A program made the translations under genes and the position numbers. The notes under the pieces were generated by a model, which did not search any database, was not told the DNA's origin, and saw nothing but the letters and a program-made list of their open reading frames with translations. From a virus (lineage: Duplodnaviria; Caudoviricetes), in IMG/VR virus record IMGVR_UViG_3300042914_002678: DNA of 64,000 nt. One strand, written 5' to 3'. Positions 48,294-56,630 of the stretch are shown in pieces; the first letter of the stretch is position 1; the number at the start of each line of letters is the position of its first letter.

Positions 48294-48297
48294 CTCC

Positions 48298-48774
48298 ATG
48301 GATTACTTAAGAATTGAACCTGGAAAATCTGTTTTAGTTTTAAATTCCAGTTATGAACCACTTAACATTACAAGTTGGAAGAGAGCAATAGTTTTACTTC
48401 TCAAAGAAAAAGCACAAATTCTTTCAACTCAAGTAATCAGATTATTAGATTATGTGAAAGTTCCACTTTCAAAAATTATGTCACATAGACCATCAAAAAC
48501 GATGATCTATAAGCGTGATAGTAATTCTTGTCAGTATTGTGGATCTACCAGAAATCTAACCATAGATCATATCATTCCAAAATGTCGAGGTGGTGAAGAT
48601 ACTTGGGAAAATCTTGTAGTTGCATGTAGTTCATGTAATACAAAAAAAGGTAATACATTATTGGAGCAAACTGGAATGAAATTGAGAAAAAAACCCAGAC
48701 CTCCATTAAACAAAATGCAGTTTACTCTGCACAGTTCAAATATCCAAGAATGGAAATTATACACTTATTCGTAA
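48298..48774 (+). CDS. HNH endonuclease
   Basis: VLVLNSSYEPL N-terminus; RDSNSCQYCG, TIDHIIPK..GG..TWENLV.ACSSCN..KG. Confidence 0.9.
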   Translation: MDYLRIEPGKSVLVLNSSYEPLNITSWKRAIVLLLKEKAQILSTQVIRLLDYVKVPLSKIMSHRPSKTMIYKRDSNSCQYCGSTRNLTIDHIIPKCRGGEDTWENLVVACSSCNTKKGNTLLEQTGMKLRKKPRPPLNKMQFTLHSSNIQEWKLYTYS

Positions 48775-48780
48775 TTAATC

Positions 48781-48966
48781 ATGAAACCCAACTTTCGTAA
48801 AGTATTAGAAATGGCACTTGAAGAAGGTGTTCGTTTCGGTTATAATAGAGCACATAAACATGTAGAGAACCCACACGAAGATGCTGTGGTTGATCTTGTA
48901 GTAGAGGGTGCCATGAACTCTCTATACGAATGGTTTGATTTTCCAGAGGAGAAAACAATTGACTGA
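48781..48966 (+). CDS. Hypothetical protein
   Basis: ORF in operon. Confidence 0.55.
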   Translation: MKPNFRKVLEMALEEGVRFGYNRAHKHVENPHEDAVVDLVVEGAMNSLYEWFDFPEEKTID

Positions 48967-49153
48967 AAGATCGCAAGCATTTATGAATGCTATATGGGAA
49001 GCACGGAACGCTGGTGCTGATACTGAAGAGAAACTAGTTGCAGCAATTCTTAAAGTTGCTGCAGAGAATATTCAGTTTTATAATGCTCAAAATAACTTGA
49101 TTGTTTTGGACAAAAATGATATGCTACAACTAGCACAGGAATTAGAGGAATGA
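48959..49153 (+). CDS. Hypothetical protein
   Basis: TTG start with GAGGAG SD; coupled. Confidence 0.5.
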   Translation: MTERSQAFMNAIWEARNAGADTEEKLVAAILKVAAENIQFYNAQNNLIVLDKNDMLQLAQELEE

Positions 49154-49428
49154 AAATCTTTCAAGTTGCAAAATGGTATGTGAGAGAAGATTATGGCAAA
49201 GAATATTGCCTGACGCTTTTCTTTAACGAAAGGCAAGCACTTCTTCAAGTTGCAGTTGATATTGGGGATTATGGTTCTTGGTTTGACTGGCCCTATCTGC
49301 AAATTTCTATGGGATATGGAAGGTTATTTTCTTTCCTATTTTCTCTTGGTAAGATAGGATTTACTTTTGATATTGCTGGTCGTAACTGGCGTGATGAATT
49401 ATTTTATGTAAAAGAGGTGAAGGAATGA
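49150..49428 (+). CDS. Hypothetical protein
   Basis: ATGA coupling, GAGG SD. Confidence 0.55.
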   Translation: MKIFQVAKWYVREDYGKEYCLTLFFNERQALLQVAVDIGDYGSWFDWPYLQISMGYGRLFSFLFSLGKIGFTFDIAGRNWRDELFYVKEVKE

Positions 49429-50006
49429 CTATTTCACAAGGATTAGTATCAGAAGAAAACGAAGATCCTGGATTTGAAATAATTCATCTATCCTTTCGTA
49501 AGAGAGAGTCCACCCATCTTTATGGTGGTCCAGTAGATTATTATATTGGTAACATCGTATTTCGTCTGACGGACCCAGATGCAAGGGGTCGAATGGAATA
49601 TTACATGAGAGAGAATGAAGAGATTCGTGTAGCACCAGACCTTGAGTTGATGGAAAAGTATTACGAAGACCTTCACTTTGTATTTGATGATCCAGAAGAA
49701 CTTGATGAAGAACATGATGGAGAAAAATATACTCCACTTCAAATTCTAAACAAAAATGGTATCAAGGATGAAGATGTATTCATTCGTGCTCATCGTCGCA
49801 ATACTGCACCACTCCATGACTTTATTCAATATAATGAAAAGTTTGATTGTTACCGAATGCACGAATACTTCCAAGACACTCCCGTGGTTCGTGGTATAAT
49901 GCAGTATCTACAAGACATGAAGGATGGAAAACCAAATCCTAGTAGAACTGTTTATCATGAACAGTTCATTAATACACTTGAAAACCTTTGCTGGTGGTGG
50001 GACTGA
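49425..50006 (+). CDS. Hypothetical protein (193 aa)
   Basis: ATGA coupling, GAGG SD. Confidence 0.6.
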   Translation: MTISQGLVSEENEDPGFEIIHLSFRKRESTHLYGGPVDYYIGNIVFRLTDPDARGRMEYYMRENEEIRVAPDLELMEKYYEDLHFVFDDPEELDEEHDGEKYTPLQILNKNGIKDEDVFIRAHRRNTAPLHDFIQYNEKFDCYRMHEYFQDTPVVRGIMQYLQDMKDGKPNPSRTVYHEQFINTLENLCWWWD

Positions 50007-50191
50007 TGAAAGAATTTCCTGATAAACTACAACTTGATATAATGTGGACTGTTGCCACCTCATCCAGTATTGAAACTGGCACAAGACCCCAGTACGGGTT
50101 CGCCCAGATGCTGTATGATTACATCACAGACAAAAAACCTCTTGTTGAACTCGATTATGACTTACAAAGCAACCCTGAAAGTTCAGTTTGA
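50006..50191 (+). CDS. Hypothetical protein
   Basis: TGATG coupling. Confidence 0.45.
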   Translation: MKEFPDKLQLDIMWTVATSSSIETGTRPQYGFAQMLYDYITDKKPLVELDYDLQSNPESSV

Positions 50192-50561
50192 TAGTGAATG
50201 GACTTCCACTAGTTACAGTAGTGGTTTTGATGATACAGTGCTCCCCGAAGAGCATTACACTTTTCAGGTTCCTGCCGAAGACCTTAATGTTCATCAACTG
50301 TTTCGCTTCTTTGCAACTGTTGCTCGCGCAATGGGACACGATGAGGTCAACATTATGAAAGGTGCTTGTGGTGTTGCATTTGCTGAGGATAAAAGTGTAG
50401 TGAATATGCGTAAGGTTGCTGATGAGTTTGAACTGACTTTGGGTGAGGACTTGAAGAAGAAGTTTGATGATATGCGAGAAGCAGAAGCAGAGTGGGCACG
50501 ACTGAAGAAAGGTCCGATGGGAACTGTTCTCTCTGATGAGAAAGACCAATGCGACGAGTAA
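50157..50561 (+). CDS. Hypothetical protein
   Basis: In-frame ATG (MTYKATLKVQF) inside track ORF 50052-50561. Confidence 0.55.
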   Translation: MTYKATLKVQFDSEWTSTSYSSGFDDTVLPEEHYTFQVPAEDLNVHQLFRFFATVARAMGHDEVNIMKGACGVAFAEDKSVVNMRKVADEFELTLGEDLKKKFDDMREAEAEWARLKKGPMGTVLSDEKDQCDE

Positions 50562-50761
50562 TCGTAAAACCTAAATCTAGCAAGGCAAAGAATCGTCTTG
50601 CTAACATTATGGAAAACAATCCTGTCTGTATTGTAGAACAGGATACTGGTGGTGAGTTATTCTTAGCATCAGAAAATCGCAAATACTTTATGTGGGTTAG
50701 TACTCGTACTGGTACTAACCGTTTTGGTGACAAATCTGACGCACATTGGGAGGTTATTTAA
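50549..50761 (+). CDS. Hypothetical protein
   Basis: VKPKSSKAKNRLANIM; coupled. Confidence 0.6.
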   Translation: MRRVIVKPKSSKAKNRLANIMENNPVCIVEQDTGGELFLASENRKYFMWVSTRTGTNRFGDKSDAHWEVI

Positions 50762-51042
50762 TGAGTTTTTCTAAGACTGTTTCTGTTTTTGCTGCTCTCG
50801 CAAGTATCTTTGCTGCTGGTGCTACTGGTTGGAAACTTGCAGATTCTCAAAAAGAAGTTCCTCTGAGTCCATTAGACCAAAAGGTTATGGAGTTGGAGAA
50901 GAAACTGGATCAAGCACAACAACCTCAAGTTGCTCCAGAACCTGTAAATCTCCCACAACCTACAGTTCAAACAGCACCACAACTTAACGTACTTCCTGCT
51001 CCAACACCACCTCCTCCTGTTCCCGAAAATGCCACTCCTTGA
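50761..51042 (+). CDS. Membrane-anchored Pro-rich protein
   Basis: Hydrophobic N-terminus, coiled coil, Pro-rich tail; GGAGG SD. Confidence 0.55.
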   Translation: MSFSKTVSVFAALASIFAAGATGWKLADSQKEVPLSPLDQKVMELEKKLDQAQQPQVAPEPVNLPQPTVQTAPQLNVLPAPTPPPPVPENATP

Positions 51043-51220
51043 TACTCTCAACTACTTCATACAAGACCAAGAAGGGCACCTACAATGTCTTGAATGGGAC
51101 ATTAGGGAAGAAACCAATTATGAGAACAATGACATTGATTGGTATTGTGAACAGTATGATGAAGCAAAACAACGAATAGAAGACCTCAAACAAATCAAAA
51201 CCATTATTGAAAATCAATGA
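51029..51220 (+). CDS. Hypothetical protein
   Basis: ORF in operon. Confidence 0.5.
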   Translation: MPLLDTLNYFIQDQEGHLQCLEWDIREETNYENNDIDWYCEQYDEAKQRIEDLKQIKTIIENQ

Positions 51221-51657
51221 AAACCTACAATCTCACTATCACTGAAAAGCAGGCACGAGCACTTGTAGATGCTACTGATTTGCTTCAACGAGTTCAACTT
51301 GGTCAGTGGAGAGAAATTCAAGATAATCTACCTCTTCAAAAACCAATTGACTATGAGGAATTTCATCAGGATATGAGAATTATTGGAGCAATTCTATCCA
51401 AACATATGATTGATGGTATTGATGGTGGTGCTTCCTCACTTGGAGTAGGACATCCAGACCTTCCAGAAAGCAATGGTATTCTTTATGACCTTCATCGGGT
51501 AATTCGTAGGAAACTTTCTGTGGAACGAGCAGTAGAACAGGGCATTATTGAGAATGAAAATGTTTCCAGAAATGAAATGCCTATCACAGTAGATTTTGAT
51601 TTACCTATGAAATGGGGAACCGAACCACTTGCTCAAATGGAGAGAGTAAATGAATAA
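51217..51657 (+). CDS. Hypothetical protein
   Basis: ATGA coupling. Confidence 0.6.
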   Translation: MKTYNLTITEKQARALVDATDLLQRVQLGQWREIQDNLPLQKPIDYEEFHQDMRIIGAILSKHMIDGIDGGASSLGVGHPDLPESNGILYDLHRVIRRKLSVERAVEQGIIENENVSRNEMPITVDFDLPMKWGTEPLAQMERVNE

Positions 51658-51901
51658 GGACGCATACTACGACTGGATTGCTGAAAACGATACTTATCCA
51701 GAACATTCTCATAAGTGGATAGTGGGACTTTATACTCCTGATGGTGGTAGATTTGATATGCTACACCGATACTTTGGAACATTTGATACAAGAGAAGACG
51801 CAAAGGTATTCGCAGCAGATTATAAGGACAAATATACAAAACCAGGATTTATTTCCAGAACCAAAATCTTTCCATTATGTGAGGTATTAAAGGACACTTG
51901 A
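51650..51901 (+). CDS. Hypothetical protein
   Basis: Ends inside the promoter cassette (KDT-stop). Confidence 0.55.
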   Translation: MNKDAYYDWIAENDTYPEHSHKWIVGLYTPDGGRFDMLHRYFGTFDTREDAKVFAADYKDKYTKPGFISRTKIFPLCEVLKDT

Positions 51902-51948
51902 AGAACTGGCACAGGGTATCTCCACAGGTGCCCTTTTTGCCATATAAT
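51892..51948 (+). promoter_or_regulatory. Early-promoter cassette copy 2
   Basis: GGACACTTGAAGAACTGGCAC, stem GGGTATC/GGTGCCC, TATAAT at 51943. Confidence 0.75.
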
Positions 51949-51969
51949 AACTTCAGTTCAAACAAAGCG

Positions 51970-52128
51970 ATGACCACCATCACTCAAGAGCACTGGGACA
52001 CACTCTACACCAAACTCTATGAGGCGTATGAAGAGTGCAGCAAAAACTATGATGAGACTTACCGACAAATGATCGGTCAAGTTCTGGATCACATGATCTA
52101 CAACAAACCTTATCTGAACATCAAATGA
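51970..52128 (+). CDS. Hypothetical protein
   Basis: First ATG after the promoter (MTTITQEHW). Confidence 0.55.
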   Translation: MTTITQEHWDTLYTKLYEAYEECSKNYDETYRQMIGQVLDHMIYNKPYLNIK

Positions 52129-52298
52129 TCAGAGCAATCCTCAATCAGTTTCCAGTTAAGTATGGAACTTACACTGCTGAAAACAACAAGATCCGCCGAA
52201 CATTTTCCAACGGTTTCAGTTACATCGTAGAAGAATTTAACTCACCAGAAGAAGCACAACGTATCGTCAGTGACCTCAACTATCTTACAGGCAAATGA
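52125..52298 (+). CDS. Small hypothetical protein (57 aa)
   Basis: ATGA coupling on both sides; fills the gap in the ORF track. Confidence 0.5.
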   Translation: MIRAILNQFPVKYGTYTAENNKIRRTFSNGFSYIVEEFNSPEEAQRIVSDLNYLTGK

Positions 52299-52582
52299 CT
52301 GAAACCAAAACCTATCCCTACCTCAAATACATTCCACATTGGTTTGCTCTTCGTTTTATTACATTTGCTCCACTTGCGGTCGTCCAATCAACAGTAGATT
52401 TTATTTCTATTTCTTTGGATAAACTTTATGATAAAATGGATAAAGTTCTTCCGCAAGCATATGTTGAAAAGCAAGTAGAATGGGATCAGTTGCCCAAACG
52501 AAATCAAGAGGCGATTGAGTATCTTGCAAAAAAGCGTGATACTACCAAAGAACGAATTCTCATTCAAACTGTGAAACCATGA
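52295..52582 (+). CDS. Hypothetical protein
   Basis: ATGA coupling. Confidence 0.55.
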   Translation: MTETKTYPYLKYIPHWFALRFITFAPLAVVQSTVDFISISLDKLYDKMDKVLPQAYVEKQVEWDQLPKRNQEAIEYLAKKRDTTKERILIQTVKP

Positions 52583-52863
52583 CTGACCACGAAGAACTCC
52601 CAGTATCAAACGAATTCGTCACATTTGTAAGAATTCAACTTGACCACGAACAAAGACAACAACTCCGTCGTTATCTAAATCTTCATTATCTTGGTGATGT
52701 GAATTGTAATGAGTATGATGAGAACTTCAAACTTGTTCCCAAATACCCAGAGAAAGAAACACAAGAGTTCAAAGATGCTATGTGGAGAGCAGATATGTCA
52801 GTAGATTATCAAGTCAAAGTGGTTTATGATGTGAATGGTAAATGTAAAATGGAGTTGCTATGA
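52579..52863 (+). CDS. Hypothetical protein
   Basis: ATGA coupling. Confidence 0.55.
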   Translation: MTDHEELPVSNEFVTFVRIQLDHEQRQQLRRYLNLHYLGDVNCNEYDENFKLVPKYPEKETQEFKDAMWRADMSVDYQVKVVYDVNGKCKMELL

Positions 52864-53087
52864 AACCTTATCTTTTGATTGTTGGGGACAACTACTACCC
52901 TTCTGCTTATACTGGTGATTGGGTTGCTTGTTATTCTACCGAAGAAGAAGCAAAAGAAAAATGGGAAGAACTATCTAAAGATAAGTATAGTAATGATTGG
53001 TATGAAATCGTTGATTTGAGGGAATGGATGGAAGATACTACATTTGATACTTTTGGACCTACTGGACTTATTGGAGACCCACAATAG
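52860..53087 (+). CDS. Hypothetical protein
   Basis: ATGA coupling, GGAG SD. Confidence 0.55.
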   Translation: MKPYLLIVGDNYYPSAYTGDWVACYSTEEEAKEKWEELSKDKYSNDWYEIVDLREWMEDTTFDTFGPTGLIGDPQ

Positions 53088-53091
53088 TAGA

Positions 53092-53197
53092 ATAAATAGA
53101 AGTGTCTGTTTGGACGGCAATCTCTACAGACAAAAGATTAGGTGCTTTCGGGCACCTTTTCTATTATAAATAATAATGCCGTCCAAATAGAATAGAA
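53092..53197 (+). ncRNA. Structured regulatory cassette 2 upstream of a GIY-YIG gene (candidate sRNA plus leader)
   Basis: ATAAATA, hairpin GTCTGT/ACAGAC, terminator AGGTGC/GCACCT plus T-tract, TATAAATA, then a leader complementary to 53106-53119. Confidence 0.6.
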
Positions 53198-53863
53198 ATG
53201 ACTAAAAATAGTCCTAGAATTTACACATATAAGGTTACCTTTGAAGAAGTTCCTTATTACTATTATGGTAGTAAAAAAGAAAGGTATTTTGATGAAGAGT
53301 ATTGGGGTTCTCCCGTAGCAAACAAATGGTGTTGGGGACTTTATACTCCAAAGAAACAGATATTGGAATATTTTGAGTTTAGTGATGAAGGATATATCAA
53401 AGCACAAGAAGTTGAAGGGAGATTAATTAACCCAGTATATAATACCGATAAATGGTGCTTAAATGAAAGTTGCTTGGGAGTTTTTTCTTTAGAGCAAAAA
53501 AGTAAAGCAGGAAAAAAAGCATATGAACTTAAATTAGGGGTTCATTCAAGAAGTAAAGACCAAATGAGTAAAGATGGTAAAAAAGGTGGAAACAGCAATA
53601 GAGAAAATAAAACTGGAATTTGTGGAAGAAGTTTGGAAGAAATGATTGAACACGGCAGAATAACTGGTTATAAAAAGAAAGAATTAAATATCGGTGTTTG
53701 TGGTTTATCAAAAGAACAGAGAATTGAAAATTCTAAAATAACTAATTCTCAAAGATGGAAATGTTGTATAAGTGGTTATGTATCTACTGCTTCTGGTGTA
53801 GTTCAGCATCAAAAAGGAAAAGGAATAGATACATCAAAAAGTAATAGACGCAGAATAGCATAG
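53198..53863 (+). CDS. GIY-YIG (Seg-like) putative homing endonuclease, paralog of 46866-47480
   Basis: RIYTYKVTFEEVPYYYYGSKKE, YWGSP, EGRLI, CLNES; three C-terminal repeats. Confidence 0.7.
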   Translation: MTKNSPRIYTYKVTFEEVPYYYYGSKKERYFDEEYWGSPVANKWCWGLYTPKKQILEYFEFSDEGYIKAQEVEGRLINPVYNTDKWCLNESCLGVFSLEQKSKAGKKAYELKLGVHSRSKDQMSKDGKKGGNSNRENKTGICGRSLEEMIEHGRITGYKKKELNIGVCGLSKEQRIENSKITNSQRWKCCISGYVSTASGVVQHQKGKGIDTSKSNRRRIA

Positions 53864-53920
53864 GACACTTCTCAAACTGGAACAAGGGCACTTGAAAACG
53901 GGTGCCCTTTGTCGTATAAT
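53863..53920 (+). promoter_or_regulatory. Early-promoter cassette copy 3
   Basis: GGACACTTCTCAAACTGGAAC, stem AAGGGCAC/GTGCCCTT enclosing TTGAAA, 17 nt to TATAAT. Confidence 0.8.
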
Positions 53921-53941
53921 GACTTCATAAGAAACAAACCG

Positions 53942-54208
53942 ATGAAACCACTTAAACTCTTTCAATACGATAAAAAAGTTTGGGATGATGGTGATGCCGA
54001 CTACACTTGGCAGTTCGGTATCATCAACAACAAAACATTATTCTGGGTTCATTATGAAAATCCCAGTCGTTTAGTTTTTAGTGATGGTGGATTACACATC
54101 CTATTCTCATTCTTTACTAATTCTTTATTTGGAGTAGATTTTCAACTTGGTAAGGTTGGTTTGAGTTTCAATTTTTTCACAGAATACTTTGATGGGTGGG
54201 AAGAATGA
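53942..54208 (+). CDS. Hypothetical protein
   Basis: First ATG after the promoter (MKPLKLFQ). Confidence 0.55.
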   Translation: MKPLKLFQYDKKVWDDGDADYTWQFGIINNKTLFWVHYENPSRLVFSDGGLHILFSFFTNSLFGVDFQLGKVGLSFNFFTEYFDGWEE

Positions 54209-54429
54209 CTAACCAACAACGAGCAGAAGAACTCCTAAAAGTTATTTGTAAAAGTGAAGCACACAATACTGCTTGGATGCTTCAAGAGGTTCTTCAACAA
54301 CTTCGTAAGCAACTATCAGGAACTAATAAGATTGATTTTACTGATGAACTGGATGTGATGTTTAATGCTGGATGGGATGAATGTCTCAAAGAGATTGATG
54401 CTATTTGTGATGAACTTTTAGAACTATGA
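54205..54429 (+). CDS. Small helical hypothetical protein
   Basis: ATGA coupling; ends CDELLEL. Confidence 0.55.
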   Translation: MTNQQRAEELLKVICKSEAHNTAWMLQEVLQQLRKQLSGTNKIDFTDELDVMFNAGWDECLKEIDAICDELLEL

Positions 54430-54635
54430 TGACTAACACAGCACACCAAATCTGGGAAGCATTCAAAGCAGAACTTACACAACCAGCAACAGATGATATG
54501 AAGGAAGCACTTGCTACTGCTATTCGTGTGATTTCTTCTCTAATTTATAGAGATGGAGTGCTTGCAAATGAACCTTGGCTTACTCATACTGCTCAAGAAC
54601 TAAATGAAATTGCTGGTGATGTGGAGGCACTCTAA
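54426..54635 (+). CDS. Small helical hypothetical protein
   Basis: Ends GDVEAL. Confidence 0.55.
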   Translation: MMTNTAHQIWEAFKAELTQPATDDMKEALATAIRVISSLIYRDGVLANEPWLTHTAQELNEIAGDVEAL

Positions 54636-54832
54636 TGTCTATTGAAGATGGATTGACTTATCGGCACAAAGCATATGCTAATTCTATGAAAGCATATCGT
54701 CAGGCAAATCCCGATTGGAAAGAACAACAACTCGCAAGTGAAGAGTATGCTAAAAAATGGATGGAAACATCTGCTCGTGCTTATCAAATAGCACAAGAAA
54801 AACTTGCTGAATTGAATTTGGAGGCATTATGA
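54635..54832 (+). CDS. Small helical hypothetical protein
   Basis: GGAGG SD; ends LNLEAL. Confidence 0.55.
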   Translation: MSIEDGLTYRHKAYANSMKAYRQANPDWKEQQLASEEYAKKWMETSARAYQIAQEKLAELNLEAL

Positions 54833-55020
54833 AAGAACAAGCAAAGAAAATAGATGATGCCTACTGGAGAGCAATAACTAATGTTCCCGATATTTACACA
54901 AAGGGTCGGGTGCGTTTTGCTGCTGGTCTCCGTGAAACTATCAACCAACTCCAACAAAGCCCTGGTGTGATTATGTGTGCTGATGTGTTAGAATTGTGTG
55001 ATGAATTGGAGGCACTATGA
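54829..55020 (+). CDS. Small helical hypothetical protein
   Basis: GGAGG SD; ends CDELEAL. Confidence 0.55.
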   Translation: MKEQAKKIDDAYWRAITNVPDIYTKGRVRFAAGLRETINQLQQSPGVIMCADVLELCDELEAL

Positions 55021-55193
55021 TTGAACTTCGTATCGTTGAAAATGAACTGGCAATGAAACCAGACATTCAGTATCGTTTTATGTTGTTTTCTGTTGATGCT
55101 TCTGGTGCTTTGTGCCCACCAAATCCTGATATGAAATGGTCTGAATGGAGAACTGCCGAATATGTGAAGGCAGAGGAGATTGTAAATGACTAA
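55017..55193 (+). CDS. Small hypothetical protein (58 aa)
   Basis: GGAGG SD and ATGA coupling; MIELRIVENEL. Confidence 0.55.
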   Translation: MIELRIVENELAMKPDIQYRFMLFSVDASGALCPPNPDMKWSEWRTAEYVKAEEIVND

Positions 55194-55338
55194 AACTCAA
55201 TCAGCATTAGAACGAGTTATTATTGAACTTGATAGTTGGTGTGATAATTGGACACCAACATCTTATAATGACCCTCGTATTAGTTTGAGACAGATTGCTG
55301 ACCGTGCCCGTGATGTTTTAGAACAGGAAGATGACTGA
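55186..55338 (+). CDS. Small hypothetical protein (50 aa)
   Basis: GAGGAG SD; fills the gap before 55331. Confidence 0.45.
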   Translation: MTKTQSALERVIIELDSWCDNWTPTSYNDPRISLRQIADRARDVLEQEDD

Positions 55339-55888
55339 ACCATTAAATCATAAACTTGATGTAAGTAAAATCAAAACACTCACAGATGTAAAGAATGTCT
55401 TTGAGTGTATGTGTTTGATTACTAATGCGAGTGAAGGATACGAAAAGTATGAACTCATCAAAGAATACTTCACTATTCCAAATGAGCCACAAGAACTTAC
55501 TGGATTTAAACTACCACGCAAGTCATTAGAAGAAATCTCACAAGAGTTTGATGAGAAAATTGATAAACAGATTGAGGATGTAGAGTATAAGTTCGCACAA
55601 CTCAAACATTATCAAGAGTATCAGTTTAGTAAAAAGATTACCAGGATTATTGAAGATATTGAACACGCAAAAAAATATGGTAGTTTTCCAGCAAAATTAG
55701 ATTACTCTAAACTTACTGCGACTGGTGGCAATATTACTTCCAATTTTGTAATCAAATCAGGTGGTAAAGAAGTTGGGTATTATACATTCGGTAATGGATA
55801 TTTGAGGTATCATATGGATAAAAAACCGACTGCGATTGTTCGGTTCTTTATGAATAAACTTTTAGATTTCCGTTGGATAGACACTTGA
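55331..55888 (+). CDS. Hypothetical protein (185 aa)
   Basis: Ends inside the promoter cassette (IDT-stop). Confidence 0.6.
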   Translation: MTEPLNHKLDVSKIKTLTDVKNVFECMCLITNASEGYEKYELIKEYFTIPNEPQELTGFKLPRKSLEEISQEFDEKIDKQIEDVEYKFAQLKHYQEYQFSKKITRIIEDIEHAKKYGSFPAKLDYSKLTATGGNITSNFVIKSGGKEVGYYTFGNGYLRYHMDKKPTAIVRFFMNKLLDFRWIDT

Positions 55889-55935
55889 AGAACTGGCACA
55901 GGAGCATCCCACAGGTGCTCCTTTTGCCCTATAAT
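55880..55935 (+). promoter_or_regulatory. Early-promoter cassette copy 4
   Basis: GACACTTGAAGAACTGGCAC, stem AGGAGCAT/GTGCTCCT, TATAAT at 55930. Confidence 0.75.
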
Positions 55936-55958
55936 GACTTCATACACACAGACACCTG

Positions 55959-56189
55959 ATGAAACGCAACAACTTTGATTTTATGGATGCTTGGATTGCT
56001 GTGATTGCTGGTGGTGCTGTTTTGGTTTTTCTTGCTGCTCCCATCACAGGAATTATGAATGTCATTACAACTCAACAAGCACTCAACGAACAGTGTGGGA
56101 CTAACTACAACTTCTTCCAAGTTGCTACTGCGGGTGATAATCTTTCCCGTCTTTGTCAAATCAAAAATCAAACGGTGACGATTAAATGA
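55959..56189 (+). CDS. Small membrane protein
   Basis: Hydrophobic helix AWIAVIAGGAVLVFLAAP; two Cys. Confidence 0.55.
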   Translation: MKRNNFDFMDAWIAVIAGGAVLVFLAAPITGIMNVITTQQALNEQCGTNYNFFQVATAGDNLSRLCQIKNQTVTIK

Positions 56190-56371
56190 CTGAACGAGTA
56201 AAATTCACACAAGTCTCTAGAGTAATCTGTCCAAAGACAGGTGTGCATTATCTTGATGCAGTTGATATGAATGGGATTCACTGGATGGCACAAATGGAAA
56301 CTGGTGTAGAAAAGTGGATTACATATAAAAAAGTTTGGTATAAAGACCCACAGCAACCTTATGACGTTTGA
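56186..56371 (+). CDS. Hypothetical protein
   Basis: ATGA coupling. Confidence 0.55.
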   Translation: MTERVKFTQVSRVICPKTGVHYLDAVDMNGIHWMAQMETGVEKWITYKKVWYKDPQQPYDV

Positions 56372-56630
56372 AGAAATCCTAGAAGAATACGGACAGGAAG
56401 TATTAGACATATACTACGAACTCTTCCCAGATAAAAGTATCTCAAAGTTTCCTGACCGTTTCTGTGGTTTTGTTGGTGAATATCATGATTTTGTGTTAGA
56501 CTGTTATCATTCAACTGGTAGTGATGAACTGGAAACACTTGAAGACTTTATGAATGGTGTATTTCAAGAGTATTATTACTATTGCGAAAAGACAGCAACA
56601 GGATTTATATTTTATAATGAAGACCGATGA
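56361..56630 (+). CDS. Acidic hypothetical protein
   Basis: ORF in operon. Confidence 0.55.
   Translation: MTFEEILEEYGQEVLDIYYELFPDKSISKFPDRFCGFVGEYHDFVLDCYHSTGSDELETLEDFMNGVFQEYYYYCEKTATGFIFYNEDR

Noticed and set aside
48298-48774. HNH gene as part of the sRNA-nuclease cassette family
   Set aside because: It is embedded in the operon 4 nt after the upstream stop, with no flanking promoters or hairpins.
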